From Mytilus edulis (taxonomy: Eukaryota), in NCBI RefSeq assembly GCF_963676685.1, contig NC_092355.1, positions 19,530,001 through 19,594,000 on the forward strand: a DNA stretch of 64,000 nucleotides, in the 5' to 3' direction. The translations under genes were made by a program, and so were the position numbers. Each line of letters begins with the position of its first letter. Position 1 is the stretch's first letter. Positions 37,284 to 50,635 of the stretch are shown here, one piece after another. The notes under the pieces were generated by a model that saw nothing but the letters and a program-made list of their open reading frames with translations, searched no databases and was not told where the DNA came from.

Positions 37284-38181
37284 AAAAGAAGCTCAACAAA
37301 TCTAGCTGTTAGAAATGAACTAGGACTTTTGCCATTAGAAACTTTCATAAAAACCCAAACTATCATGTACCTATCTAGATTAAATAATGAAAATCTAAAC
37401 CCACTTCTTAATGAAGCCTTTAAATTAACTAAAAGTTTAGATACCAAGGGAACATACTCTTGGTATACTTTTGCAAAAAATGTGTCACAAGATATAAATA
37501 TTGACATTAAACTTATTGAGGAAACTAAAACTTTAAAACAGACTAAAATGTTAAAACCCCAATTAAAAAAAAGTTATATCAACTATTATCAAACTCTTAT
37601 TGATGATAAACTAAATAACTTAAATGAAAATAATAAAATATATCTATATAGATTTCTTAAATCTAATATAAATAACCAAATGCAATACTACCTATCACAC
37701 CCAAGTAAAGAGACAAGAAAAATGTTAACCAAATTTAGAATAAGCGAACATTGTCTCTTCATAGAAACTGGACGATATACCAAAGTACCACGAAATGAAA
37801 GAAAATGTAAAATATGTAATATCTTAGACGATGAATTTCATTTTTTCTTCAACTGTAAAATAAATAAAAATATAAGAGAAATCTTTCTAAAATATTATAT
37901 ACAAAAATATGTAAATTTTAATACACTTAATGTTACTGATAAACTCGTGATAATACTTAATCCATCAACACCAAATGATGTAAAAGCAGTTGTTTCTTTT
38001 ATTAAAGAGTCAGTAGAACTGAGGAAAGGAGAACAGTAACTGTTTTTATCATATTTCTTATAATATTGTCGAGCTTTCATTATGTTTCATTATGTTTGTT
38101 TGTCAATGTATTTGCCACAACCAAAATTGGTTTTTGTATGTTTTGCAAATAAAGATATTATTTATTATTATTATTATTATT
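37284..38181 (+). mobile_element. 5'-truncated LINE 3' fragment (RTEX-like ORF2 C-terminus) with (TTA)n tail
   Basis: Open frame to 38039 with RISEHCLFIETGRY..RKCKIC..DDEFHFFFNC, followed by aataaa and (TTA)n. The clade assignment is tentative. Confidence 0.75.
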
Positions 38182-38810
38182 ACTTTCGAGATCATATACA
38201 GTTGTTATCAATTCGTATGACATGTATGATGTGTTTGAGCTTTTAGTTTTGCCATTTGATTAGAGACTTTCCGTTCTGAATTTTCATCGGAGTTCATTAT
38301 TTTTTGTGATTTTACTTTTTATATGCTTTTTAAAGCAAATATATTTTGAACTGTTCGAGTTAGGATAGTTTATTTCAGCAATTGATTAAACTGATTTTTT
38401 TCCCTTTCGATTGACTTTAACATGTTAAGTAGGAAATGTTTACTCTCTGCAGTGAAAAGGCACACTGATTTTCCTCTCTTGTTGGCTATGTAAATAAAAT
38501 TTGTAGTCTGCAATTTAAATTTTATCGTCTTTTAATGAATTTGTTCGTTGTCTAGTCTGAAAATAAAATGTTTGCATCATCATTGTGAGGAAAATACTAT
38601 ATTATTCAAAAATATGTTGATAAAAAAAAACCTCTATGACATTTTGAATGTTACAAATATACCAGTTAAATTGAATGTAGAATGTAAATTGAATTAAACA
38701 AATAACACAAACATACCAACTTTTCATTTATACATACAACCTAGATAACATACTTTACCTTTGTTTATCGATAAACAACAGTGACATTTAATATTTTGTT
38801 ATATTTAGAC

Positions 38811-39193
38811 CAATCTAATTAAAAACCGATCTCTCATCGCTCCTGTTTCTGATATGTCGCGTGGGAGATCTAACGAAACCGGCTTTGAGGTCACAAGTGA
38901 GTGAACTAAAAGTTATGAATTTATAAAGATATGCAAATAAGTTGACGACCTATTAATAAGCCAATCAAAAAAGTTTATGAATTATTTTGACTGACAATTT
39001 CGTCGTAAATAAAATGAGTTACATCCCTTTGCCTTACGTTAAACTTCCAAGATCGTGGAAGACTCAATTTCATTGGTCGAAAAAGACACACCTACGAGGT
39101 CACTCACATGTGACCTCAAAGCGGGTTTCGTTAGATCTCCCACGCGACATATCAGAAACAGGAGCGATGAGAGATCGGTTTTTAATTAGATTG
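38811..39193. mobile_element. MITE with ~93-bp TIRs and 9-bp TSD (Mutator/MULE-type)
   Basis: TIR caatctaattaaaaaccgatctctcatcgc...; TSD TATTTAGAC at 38802-38810 and 39194-39202. Confidence 0.9.
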
Positions 39194-39220
39194 TATTTAG
39201 ACTTGTCATTCAAGATCAAT

Positions 39221-40198
39221 ATGGCGCAGTGTCCTGTTAGGTTATGTGAAATTTGTGAGAATTCTCCTGGAAGAAGATACTGTGTAGATTGTGAACAGTT
39301 TTACTGTAAGACATGTGAAATATCGCATGTAAAATCGAAATCTTGCAGGAATCATGTTTTTCAAGATGCCGACATTACCAATCCGGAAGTAAAAACACCC
39401 ATTTGTAAACAGCACGACGAAAAGTTTACATATTTCTGTAATACATGTACATCATTGATTTGTAACATATGTTTGCCTACAACACACAAGGCTCACGATT
39501 TCTGCTTGATAAATGAAGCTGCTTCAAATGAGCGATCACGGTTAGACAAAGAGGTGCATACAGCTGAAGAGAGCATCAGGAGTGCTAAACAGAATATAAT
39601 CACTTCTCGATTGACTTTCAAAAACTTTCAAGAAGTAGTAAAGAAGACTCAATCAGATATTGAGGATAGGGTTGTCGTCCTCGTAAATGCTGTCAATGAC
39701 ACAAAAGATGCGTACTTAAAGTCAATCGACAAACATGAAATAAAAGAATCACAGAAGTTGAAACAAGAAATTCTAGAGATCGAAAAGTCAACTGATTATA
39801 GCCAAGAAGTTCTTGATAAGATGAAAATATCCATAGCCGCGGAAAATGATATTATTCTACTGGATTCGTTTATTGACATGACAAAAACTATAAAGTCAGT
39901 TTCTCTCTCGAAAACGAAGACATCAATACCAGAAAGAATTCAGTTCGGTCTTGTTTCAACTAAACCCGAACCAGAAAATCTGATAGGAAATCTTAACTTT
40001 GGAAAATCAAGTACCACCTTTAAAGTATGTGATAGAGTTCGAGTGAGGCCCAGTGTAGTTAAACCGCAATATTCTTGGGGCATAATCACATATCAAAGTA
40101 TAGGTACAGTTGCAACCGTAGATGGGAATCTTTTAAAGATCAATTTTCCAGGAGCGATAGGTTGGCAAGGATTAGCTTCGGAGATGGAATTGGTATAA
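39221..40198 (+). CDS. RING-less TRIM-like protein, copy 2 (2 B-boxes, coiled coil, HERC2/KEG-like SH3 repeat)
   Basis: MAQCPV start homologous to the paralogs; C-terminus DRVRVRPSVVKPQYSWG..QSIG..INFP..WQGLASEMELV. 325 aa, single exon. Confidence 0.88.
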   Translation: MAQCPVRLCEICENSPGRRYCVDCEQFYCKTCEISHVKSKSCRNHVFQDADITNPEVKTPICKQHDEKFTYFCNTCTSLICNICLPTTHKAHDFCLINEAASNERSRLDKEVHTAEESIRSAKQNIITSRLTFKNFQEVVKKTQSDIEDRVVVLVNAVNDTKDAYLKSIDKHEIKESQKLKQEILEIEKSTDYSQEVLDKMKISIAAENDIILLDSFIDMTKTIKSVSLSKTKTSIPERIQFGLVSTKPEPENLIGNLNFGKSSTTFKVCDRVRVRPSVVKPQYSWGIITYQSIGTVATVDGNLLKINFPGAIGWQGLASEMELV

Positions 40199-41224
40199 TT
40201 AGTTCGATTTCCTTTCGGATCACAGTCGAAATATTAAACTGGTAAAATTCAATGGCGCAGAAGTCAACCCAAACATTGTATTTACTAAAAGGACTATTTG
40301 TTGTTAAGCAGAACTGATAGAAATAATCATAAAAATATGTGTATGTCATTTTAATTTATGTCGAATATATTTTAAAACTGCATGTGAAAGACTTCCAGTA
40401 TCATGATTATTATGATCCTAAGATTAAGTTCTGTTTGTCATTAGTGTTTTTTCAATTAGGTGGGGGGATTAAGCACAAATTTTAATTAGCAAAAAAAACA
40501 TGTGTATTGTTAATTTTAGATAAAGGTTAACGAAATTAAATGTTCTTTTACATTTCTGCTTTATGCTCGCACTGTTTACTATCGAATAAAGTTAAGAATG
40601 GAAATGGGGAATGTGTCAAAGAAACAACAACCCGACCAGAGAGCAAATAACAACCAAAGGCCATTAATTCATCGTGAAAATATCGCACCAAAGGCGAGCT
40701 TCAGCTGGCCCCTAAACAAAAATGTATACTAGTTCAGTGATAATGGACGTTGTACTAAACTCCGAAATATATAAAAGAAACTCAAATTAAAAGTCATACA
40801 AGACTAACAAAGACCAGAGACTCCTGACTTGGGACAGGCGCAAAAATGCGACGGGGTTAAACATGTTAAATGAAGACTTCACTTTTTTTTCTTCAGAAAA
40901 TCCATTACTATGGTTCTGTTGGTTAATCGAGTCGAGCTTTTAGGTTTTTCTAGTAAATGGAAGTCCGCTTTTGAATTTTTCATTTATCTTTGATTTTGGG
41001 ATTTTTGTTAATACTGTTGAATATATGTTTAACTTTTAAAAGGTTTTACAATTTATATTTTTTAAAAGTCCTCATCCACTTTTTTGTCCGAAGCGAAAAT
41101 GAAAAAAATAAAATATCATTTTAATTTATAGAATTAATTTTTCCAAAGACGCATATTCTATAAAATGAATCCTTAATGAGTTTTGTATTTTTTCTAACAC
41201 AGCTCATCTTTATTGCACTATATG

Positions 41225-41990
41225 CTGTAAGCAGATCCTGCTCCACATGTGGCACCTGTCGTATTGTTCATGTTACAACAAACCCGGTAAATAGTCTCAT
41301 TCGATAAGTCACATTCGTGGAAAGTGAACGGGATTGACGTTACGGAATAAGGGACATATCCGATATCATCTGCATAACGGATATTCCGTAACGATCAACC
41401 AACTTGTGACGGTGTCCGTAAAATTTACGAAGGGGTGATTTCATTACCATTTGAAACTCTTGGTTTAATAGGTCCCTTGTGAGCAACAATCCTTTATAAA
41501 AAAAGACATGAGAGGAAATGCAAGCTCGGGAATATCGTATCGATTGGGAGATATATAATGTTGCTTCATATAAATGGAAAGTTCGAAATTGGGAAGCTAA
41601 GATCATCACTTCTGTCTTAAAGTTTTGTATTCAAATTGTCAATTTTTAAGATGTATATCATGATATGAAGCAGACTTAACTATATCCGTGTACCTTTACA
41701 TGTTGTTCGATGGGATAGATGCGTTTGACATCACCAAATGTTGATTTTTTTAGTGAGAGAACATCATCAATATAGCGGAAAGTAAAGTTGATGGATATTG
41801 CTAACACTTTTATATCTTCCTCAGAAATTCTTGTATGAAGTCAGCCTCATTAAAACTAATAAACAAGTCGGAAAGAAGAGGGGCACAGTTGTTTCTCATG
41901 GGAATGCTGAATGCTGTTCAAATACACGTCTTCCAAATGTAACAAATTGGTTGTTAATCAAGAAATCACAAACAAAATTCCTAAAGCAAA
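41225..41990 (-). mobile_element. Penelope-like retroelement RT fragment
   Basis: Minus-strand NFTFRYIDDVLSL and YISQSIRYSRAC..LRKFYG; degenerate. Confidence 0.7.
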
Positions 41991-42984
41991 CTATGCATCC
42001 AGAAATCTTGGACTACACACTGTTTTAGATAAATGAGGAATGTTTTCATGGTACATAGATGATGCCCCAGCTAGCACATAAGTTATAAAAGGGACTTAAC
42101 TGAAGAACGAGTATAGTGACACCACCTAAATTTGAATTGTAAAAAAGCATTGCACATAATTTTCAATCGTCCAATTATTTCCAATCGGCATAAATCTAGA
42201 ACGCTTAAATTAAAACTGGATCTGTGATTTGTGATAATTAGCATTGTGTATAAGATTCATTACATTTGGTTGAGACAAACTTAAGTGAAAAAACGAAAAC
42301 GAAAAGTATAGTAAGTTTCCATTAGTAAAGGGGCATAACTCTAGAAAAGTAAAATAGGCGCCACCAAAATTAAACCTGATCTTTGTTTTGTAGTATTGAG
42401 CAATGAGGTTACACTTCTGTAAATATAAACAATGCAATTTCCCATGGAAACTCCCTTTACGGCTTCACTATAAAGTTTCGTAAAAAAATATGTCCTAGAA
42501 TCGAAAGTTCATATGCACTACAATTTGTTTCAAGGGTTAAACATAGTGCTGTTTTGAAATATTTTCAACAGTCGTTTGACCGGAACTTTAAAGAGTTTAA
42601 TATAACACTAAAATACTAAACTCTCCCTCCCTTCACTTTGGGTCGTCCTGACAATTCATGTATATTTATACTGTTAGCATTCCCAATTTATGTCTCTATG
42701 AACTGAAACATAGATATCATATCCTGGAACCAGTACGTTAACAAAACAAAAAATCTATTAATAACATATATCTTCACAAAAGAAGCTTGGTCTGTATTAC
42801 ACCTTTACTTTTGGTCTTCCACAGAATGCAATTTTGTTTTTATGCTGGTAGGATGCCGAACTAATGCCTTTATGAGATGAAACATGGGGACCAGTACGTA
42901 AATAGAACAAAAATGCCTATATTGCCCAGAAAGAGGAGTAGTTTATGCTAAATAATTATAATAATGACGACTACAGTATGTACA

Positions 42985-43620
42985 CTAAAGAGATTTATCC
43001 TGCAGAATTGATATTAAATAAAGCTGATAATAATGAACAGTGCCCTTTCCTGAATCTTGATATCTAAATCTATAACGAGAAGCTTCATACAACAATTTAT
43101 GATAAAAGAGAAGATTTTTTATTTCCTATTGTTAAATATCCATTTTTAGATGGTGACGTCCCTTGTCACCATCTTTTGGTGTTTTATATTTCAATTTGTT
43201 CGATTCGGTCTTATATGTAACAACATATTAGATTTCAACGAAACGGCCCTTATCATACCTTGTCCTTTCTGTATTCCTGAAAAATAATTACACCAGGGTT
43301 TTTGGTATCACAAACTAGTCAAGACATTTACTAAATTTTATCAGCAGTACAAGCTAGGACAGCATTCGTAAAAACAAATCTACATGTAGACATCTTATAC
43401 GGTATTTCACATCCAATATTATATGGTTATAATCTTAACAAAGCACAAAAATGTCGGCATTCACCTCAAAAGCTAACCAAACCTTTAGACAGACTTATTC
43501 GGAAGGGTTATAGTAACGATACTGTTGTGAGGTCATAAAATATTACATATTTTGGTATTAATATTAATTCACTCATAGGGCCTTTGTATCGAAAAAAACA
43601 ACATTTATTCTAGAACCAGT
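42985..43620 (+). mobile_element. Second Penelope-like RT fragment
   Basis: EIYPAEL, CPFLNLDI, IYDKREDF, YPFLDGDVP, LVKTFTKFY, with frameshifts. Confidence 0.7.
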
Positions 43621-44169
43621 TGCTGGCATGCTACGGGTTACGGTTTTCTCATATAGTTTATGAGTTTTGTTTTGACATTTGATTAGAGACTTTCCCTTTT
43701 GAATTTTCCTCGGAGTTTTTGCCAATTATTTTGATTTGCTCAATGTGACAGTTGTAGAGACCACGCAAATCTCCTAGTTTATTATTAAAAATTTCAATAA
43801 GAACTTGTATTTGGGTTTTCAAATATTTTTGCCTGCAGCATCACATAAGTTGCGCAAAATGCAAAATTGGTGCCGTTTTGTATCCCAAATTCATGTATTT
43901 GGTTTTGATGTTATATTTGTTATTCTCATCGGATTTTGTCTAATGCTTAGTCCGTTTCTGTGTGTGTTACATTTTAATGTTATGTCGTTGTTCTCCTTTC
44001 ATATTTAATGCGTTTCCCTCAGTTTTAGTTTGTTACCCCAATTTTGTTTTTCGTCCATAGATTTACGAGTTTTGAACAGCGGTATACTACTGTTGCCTTT
44101 ATTTAATGTGAATGTATTATGAATTTTGCATAAGTATCAAACTACCGGCTTCAAAAATCCTTTTGTGAG

Positions 44170-44935
44170 AAGATTGACTTTGAAGAAAAATTATACAAAG
44201 GCTTAAAATGATATTGTTGAAAGAGTGAATATAATCGTTATAGCCAATTCAAATGACATAAAAGTTGCTTACTAGTAATTGAAGTCAACTGCTGAAACCA
44301 GATTAAAAGAATCACAGAAGTTGAAATAAGAAATTTTGAATAGTGAAAAAGCATCTGAAAATTGGTAAAGAGTTCTGATTAAAGTGAAAAACTCCATAGC
44401 TGAAGAAAATGTCATGGTGTTTGGTTCATTTAGTGACACAACCACCAAGACTTTAAAGGCATAGCAAGGATTCAATTTTTCCTTGTTTTAACGAGACTGG
44501 GAGCAGAAAAACTGATTGGAAATATAAACATTAACACACCCAAATACCATTATTAAAGAAGCTGACATTGTTAGTTTAATAAAACCAATTACTAGTACTG
44601 CTATTTAAGTAGGTGATAGAGTTCTACAGAAGCCCAACATACAAGATTGGCAAAAGATACCAGAGGGACATTCAAACTCATAGATGAAATAGTAAACAAT
44701 AGTACACAAGACACAAAATAGAAAAACTTAAGACTAAGCAACACAAAACACTGGGGATGATCTCAGGTACTCCGGAAGGGTAAGCAGTTCCTGCTCCACA
44801 TGTGGCATCCGTCGTGTTACTCGTGTTATTACATACCTGGAAAGTAGTCTAATTCGGTAGGTCACATTCATGGAAAGGGGAAAACATCAAAACACATGGC
44901 TTAATCTCGCAGGAAAGTATCGTAAAGGTTTTACT
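44170..44935 (+). pseudogene. Relic of the B-box/SH3 family (coiled coil to SH3 part), interrupted by a repeat at about 44640-44880
   Basis: Nucleotide matches to copies 3 and 4: gatattgttgaaag, aaagaatcacagaagttgaaa, tcatttagtgaca, gcagaaaaactgattggaaat, ggtgatagagtt, ttaatctcgcaggaaagtatcg. Confidence 0.8.
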
Positions 44936-44970
44936 TATGATAAAAAAAAAACAATGTTCTTATAAAATTT

Positions 44971-45436
44971 CTATATATATATATATATATATAAGTACGT
45001 CTGAGTCAGTGACAACTCTACAACAGATGTATCCATCGGATCGCCATCAATGATGGGGATACATGGCTGTGTACATAATGTATATACAACTCGTCTAAAC
45101 ATCAACCCAACAATGTTAGATCTGTAAATTTGCTTTCGCAAATTTTTGGTTCTTCCCTCGCCGGGATTCGAACCCATGCTACTGTGATATCGTGACACCA
45201 AATCGCCTGCACTGCAGCCGTCCCGCTAGACCAAACGACCATCTGGGCTTCAAAAATAAAGCTTTCGTTGGCCGTGTGTTACCTTTCCTCGTCAGTTTTA
45301 ATCTAGCGGTGGACTACAGTACATGATATATAAGGCATGGAGATGTTATTGTTACAGATCAGCTCAACTATCTATAGTAAAGGATCCTACAAATTAATGT
45401 AAGATACAGTCACAGAAAATAATTATATTTATAAGA
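44971..45436 (-). mobile_element. tRNA-derived repeat abutting a (TA)n microsatellite; tRNA-like head at about 45155-45249
   Basis: Minus strand gcccagatggtcgtttggtctag (A box) and gcatgggttcgaatccc (B box), resembling tRNA-Leu/Ser. The acceptor stem does not close properly. Confidence 0.6.
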
Positions 45437-47127
45437 GTTCACTAACTAATCAGTATTTGACCTAGATTTCGGATCCTGGTACTTGCCAATACTGAATGAC
45501 TAGGTCAATTATAATAAAAGGTAGATAATATAACCTTAGATTTGATCATTTCTATAAATAGCTTCCGTCATGTTGTGATATATGCTACTGTAGGGATGAC
45601 CAGAAAATTGGAAAATCAAGGTCTTGTAGATGTGTCATCACATGTGATTCATTATGCACCGTAGGAATCTGTAGAAAGTTGGTTACTTAATAACATAACA
45701 CTTGATGTTTGATTGTCCTTGAGTTTATTTGTGTTGATGATGAATGCAGGTTTAAATATATTGTTGCTTTACATAGAATATGATAATTAAAGTCACAATA
45801 GTGATCTACCTAGAAAATTTTTTTTTTTTTTTTCAAGCAAATAAAAAAAGTTAATTATAAATAGGATTACTTACAACTTATCAATTAATATAGATATAGG
45901 ACGAAATAAATGTTAATTAGGAAGCCAAACAACAACAACAAAACAAAAAAGGATATTTAAAGGTCACCATACAAGGTGTTCTCAGTGCATTGAGTACATT
46001 CCACTTCATATATAAACCTAACAAATACACTGTCAAAGGAGTGCATTGTCATTTAAACTTTATTGTTTACAAAAACCTCATTTACCATGTTTACAGATGT
46101 CTTAACATTTATCAAACATTTAAAAAGTTGACCTTCATTTATTACATGTATAAGGGGGGGATAGATTAGTTATTTTTTACAAGGACCTTGACCTGTGTGA
46201 GGTCGTTAAAAAATCTCATTATCATTAATTTATTTTTAATAATTTAAGATGTATGTAGGTAAAAATAGCATCTTTGGTTAGTTTCCTTGTTAGCTGAACC
46301 GTAATTCATAATTATGTTAGGTATACTACCCTCCGTTTTAAGAAGTCTAGTCCTATACACAGATATATTCGTTTGTTGTCAGGCTTGTCTACTATGTAAG
46401 TAGAATAGTGTACCAAACCTAATAATGACTTCATGGTTCAGCTAACGAGCAAGCTTACAAAATATATTACATTTCCCTTCACACTCAATGCATTCTGCTT
46501 TCATCCACTTATAATAACTTGACAAACACTTGTTACACTTGTTAACATTAAAGCAACAAATAAATAAAGCAAACGTTTACTTTAACTTGACAAGAACAGG
46601 TAATATTCACAGGTAACACCAGAAACTACTTTAATTTTAAGAAATGAAGCGTCAAGACTGTTTTACTCTATCAAAGCTTCATCGGAGAAATCTTTTGAAA
46701 ACTGTTTATTATTATGAACTTGATAATTTTAATTTGTACAATGAATGAAAATTCATATTTTATCATTCTTTATGATATTTTACCAATTTTTTTTTTTATC
46801 TTTTAATAAAATTTGTTTTACTTTTACTCATATTATAATCAATAGTGATTGATTTTAAAAATCATTACTTAATTGTGTATGAGATCATTTTGTATAAAAC
46901 CGAGTAAATATGCCTTTTAAAGACACAAAATATATGATTTATTTGATTCCTTTTGTATGTACATGTTGTACATACATGTAATTAATTTAAATAACTAAGG
47001 ATATTTACTACATGTCGATGTGCTCCTACTCAAAGGAGGATAAAGAAGTTAATAGCCGTCATGTCCTTTAACAACCTGATAAACAAACTTCGGCTGATTA
47101 CCTTTAAAAGTGACATAAAGTATTATA

Positions 47128-48149
47128 ATGGCACAGTATCCTGTTAGATCATGTGAAATCTGCGAGAATTCTCCGGGGAGTGAATACTGTATAGACTGTG
47201 AACAGTTTTTCTGCAAGTCATGTGAAATAGCACATTTAAAAACTAAACCATGCGGGAATCATGTCTTTTAAGATGCCAACGTTGCCAATCCGGAAGTAAA
47301 AACGCCCGTTTGTAAACAACACGGAGAAAAATTAGCGTATTACTGCAACACGTTTAAATCATTGACATGTATTATTTGTTTACCGACCGTACATAATCGA
47401 CACGATTTCTGTCTAATAGATGCTGCAGCTTCAAAGGCCAGGTCCCTTTTGGATAGAGATGTGTTAGCAGCAGAAGACAGTATCGAAAGGGCTAAGGAAA
47501 GAATAATTTCTTCGCAATTGGCTCTAATTAACTTAGAAGATAAAGCAGACCAGGCTAAACAAGATATTGTTGAAAGGGTGGCTGTCATCATTAATGCCCT
47601 CAATGATAAAAAAAAGATGATTACTTGAAGTCAATTGATGAACACAGATTCAAAGAATCACAGAAGTTGAAACAAGAAATTTGGGATAGTGAAACGGCAA
47701 CAGAAAATGGCCAAGAAGCTCTGTATAAAGTGAAAAACTTAATTACTGGAGAAAATAATGTCATGCTTTTGGAATCATTTAGTGACATAACAAAGACTTT
47801 AAGAACAGTTTCTTGTGTAAGTAGGATGAAAACGATCCCACCAGGAATTCAATTTCTTCCGGTTACGAAGCCCGAAGCAGAAACACTGATTGGATATCTT
47901 AACTTTACAAAACTAAATACCATTATCGAAGAAGTTGACCCGGTTAATTTGATAAAATCAACTACCGTTATTAAAGAAGGTGATAGAGTTCGTGTGAAGC
48001 CCAGTATAAAGAACCCCAAACTTGGATGGGGCGGTGTCTCGCATCAAAGTATAGGAATTGTTTTATCAATACAAGAATGCAACATAACTATAAAATTTTC
48101 CGAAATATCTACATGGGACGGTTATCTTTCAGAAGTTGATTTGGCATAA
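47128..48149 (+). pseudogene. B-box/CC/SH3 copy 3, disabled
   Basis: ATG at 47128; premature TAA at 47269-47271 (CAA in most paralogs); B-box2 Cys to Phe; +1 frameshift in the A run at about 47608-47615; SH3-like domain otherwise intact. Confidence 0.85.
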
Positions 48150-49272
48150 TAAGTCCTTTTTCTAGGTTTCGTAGTCCTATACATGACATGACTAGACAGT
48201 GAATGACATTCGACAATTTACTGATACATGTACGTACATCATGCAAATTCATATCCATGCAAATACAAATATTTTGATATATTCTTCAAAAAGTTTCCTT
48301 CTTCTTAGTGCGGGATGAGTATTCTGAGTTGTCAACGAGATTTTTGCAGATTGCATGATTATTCGTTTCATCTGATCTGCTGATGATGAAGATGCATATT
48401 TTGTTTCTTGCTGCACAGCTGTGTGAAGGTTTTGTTTACTTTTGTACACATTTGTTTCCTCAATTTTGTGTTGCATAAAAATATTCAGTCCGTTTTGGGC
48501 AAGTTAATTATTTTCAGTTCTAACCAGACTAGGCCGTTTCTTTTCAATTACAACCCCTAACGTTTACAAAAAAAAATATTGGCAAACACGCCGAACTTCA
48601 AGGAAAACAGATTGTCAAAACATTTTTAGACAGTCACAGAGTCAACCGTCCTAATTTAAATCAGTATTTTTGTAATCACAACTTCAAACGTTTTTTATTA
48701 TATGGTTCTATATGATCTTTTAAACTCTTTTAATTCTGACGTTACTGATGTGTCTTTTATAGACTAAACGCGCGTCTGATGTACAAAGTTTAAATATTGG
48801 TATCTATGATGAGTTTATTAACTATTAAACACCGATTAGGATCGATTAAGATCAATTATATTTCGTAAGACAGATCGGGTCTTGAAATAACTTCATGTCG
48901 TTTTTTTATTTTTCAACTTATTCTAACCGTGTTATTAGTTAATATTAAAAAAAACCCCACAAGAATACTGAATTCTGAGGAAAATTAAAAAGTAAAGTTT
49001 CCTTGTTAGTTGAACCGTAAGTCAATATTATGTTAGATAAACTACCCTTCTGTCGTGTAGTCTAGTCGTTAAGACAGATAGATTGGGTAACTGTTAGCAT
49101 CATGATAACCGGTTTTATGATGATGTTATAGAGGTTCCAATTGGGGAGAGAACAACCAATCACAGATAGCAATTTATTTGTATCTCTATGTCATGTTTCC
49201 TTCACAAAATGGCTGCGCCCATGTAATTTTATTTGGAACATTGTAACCTTTACAGTCTGTTTTAGTATCATA

Positions 49273-50291
49273 ATGGCACAATGCCCTGTTAAATCATGTG
49301 AAATATGTGAAAATTCTCTGGGAAGTAGACACTGTATAGACTGTGAACAGTTTTTCTGTAAGTCATGTGAAATAGCACATTTAAAAACTAAGCCATGCAG
49401 GAATCATATCTTTCAAGATGCAGACATTGCAAAACCGGATGTAAAAACTCCCATTTGTAAAAACACGGAGAAAAGTATACGTATTACTGTAACACGTGTA
49501 CATCATTGACTTGTAACATTTGTTTGCCGACCACACATAATAAACATGATTTCTGTCTAATAGATGCTGCAGCCTCAAAAGCCCGGTCAGTTTTGGATAA
49601 AGATGTGTTAGCTGCGGAAGACAGTATCGGAAGGGCTAAAGACAAAATCAATTATTAACGATTGGCTCTAGCTAACTTTGAAGATGAAGCAGAAAAGGTC
49701 AAAAAGGATATTGTTGAAAGGGTAGCTGTCGTCGTTAATGCCATTAATGATACAAAAGATGACTACTTGAAGTCAATTGAAGAACACAGATTCAAAGAAT
49801 CACAGAAGTTTAAACAAGAAATTATGGTTCGTGAAAAAGTAACGGAGAAAGACAGAGAAGCTTTAAATAAAGTGAAAAGCTCCATTGCTGGATAAAGTAA
49901 TGTCATGATATTGGTTTCATTTAGTGACATGACCAAGACTTTAAAGACAATTTCACGTGCAAGTCTGCAGACTACTATCCCACAAAGGATTCAATTTTAC
50001 CCTGTTTCAACGAAGCCCGAAGCAGAAAAACTGATTGGAAATATGATCATTACAAAACCAAATATCGTTAATATAGGAGCTGACATTGTTAGTTTTATAA
50101 AATCAGATACTACTATTAAAACAGGTGATAGAGTTTGATGATTGAAACCCAGTTTAAAAAATCCAACACATCGCTTAATCTCGCAAGAAAGTATCGGAAA
50201 GGTTTTATATATAATAAGGAACAAGGTACTTGTAAAATTTCCCGAAATTTCTTCATGGAGTGGATGTCTTTCAGAAGTTGAATTGGCATAA
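49273..50291 (+). pseudogene. B-box/CC/SH3 copy 4, disabled
   Basis: ATG at 49273; frameshift at about 49460; stops at 49893-49895 and 50136-50138; ends ...SEVELA TAA. Confidence 0.88.
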
Positions 50292-50635
50292 TGGGTCCGT
50301 TTTCTAGGTTAACATGGTTAAGGAGTATGAAATATATCGTAACTAAACAGTAAATAAATTTATACAATTTATGTATTGTAACCGTCGTTATAGGAGGCCA
50401 ATCGAGTTATATGGTATACACATGATTATTGTAAGACAACATGATATAGAACTGCACCTGTTACAAGACATCAGTGTGTTATATATAGATAAAGTCAATG
50501 AACTTTAAGCTCGTGGAACTGTTAAAATGTCAGTCAAGAAAAGATAGGCGGAGTCTCTATAAATGTAAACAGATTGATAAGATGATAAAGCAATATTATT
50601 ATATTTTATGTATCTCCCTCTTGAGACAAGCAACT

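Noticed and set aside
38987-39220. N-terminal 78 aa of the 403-aa ORF as native protein sequence
   Set aside because: It derives almost entirely from the MITE and its TSD. The paralog-conserved start is ATG 39221.
45155-45249. Functional tRNA gene (Leu/Ser/Sec-like)
   Set aside because: A and B boxes are present, but there is no convincing acceptor or anticodon stem and it is embedded in a repeat. It is a SINE head.
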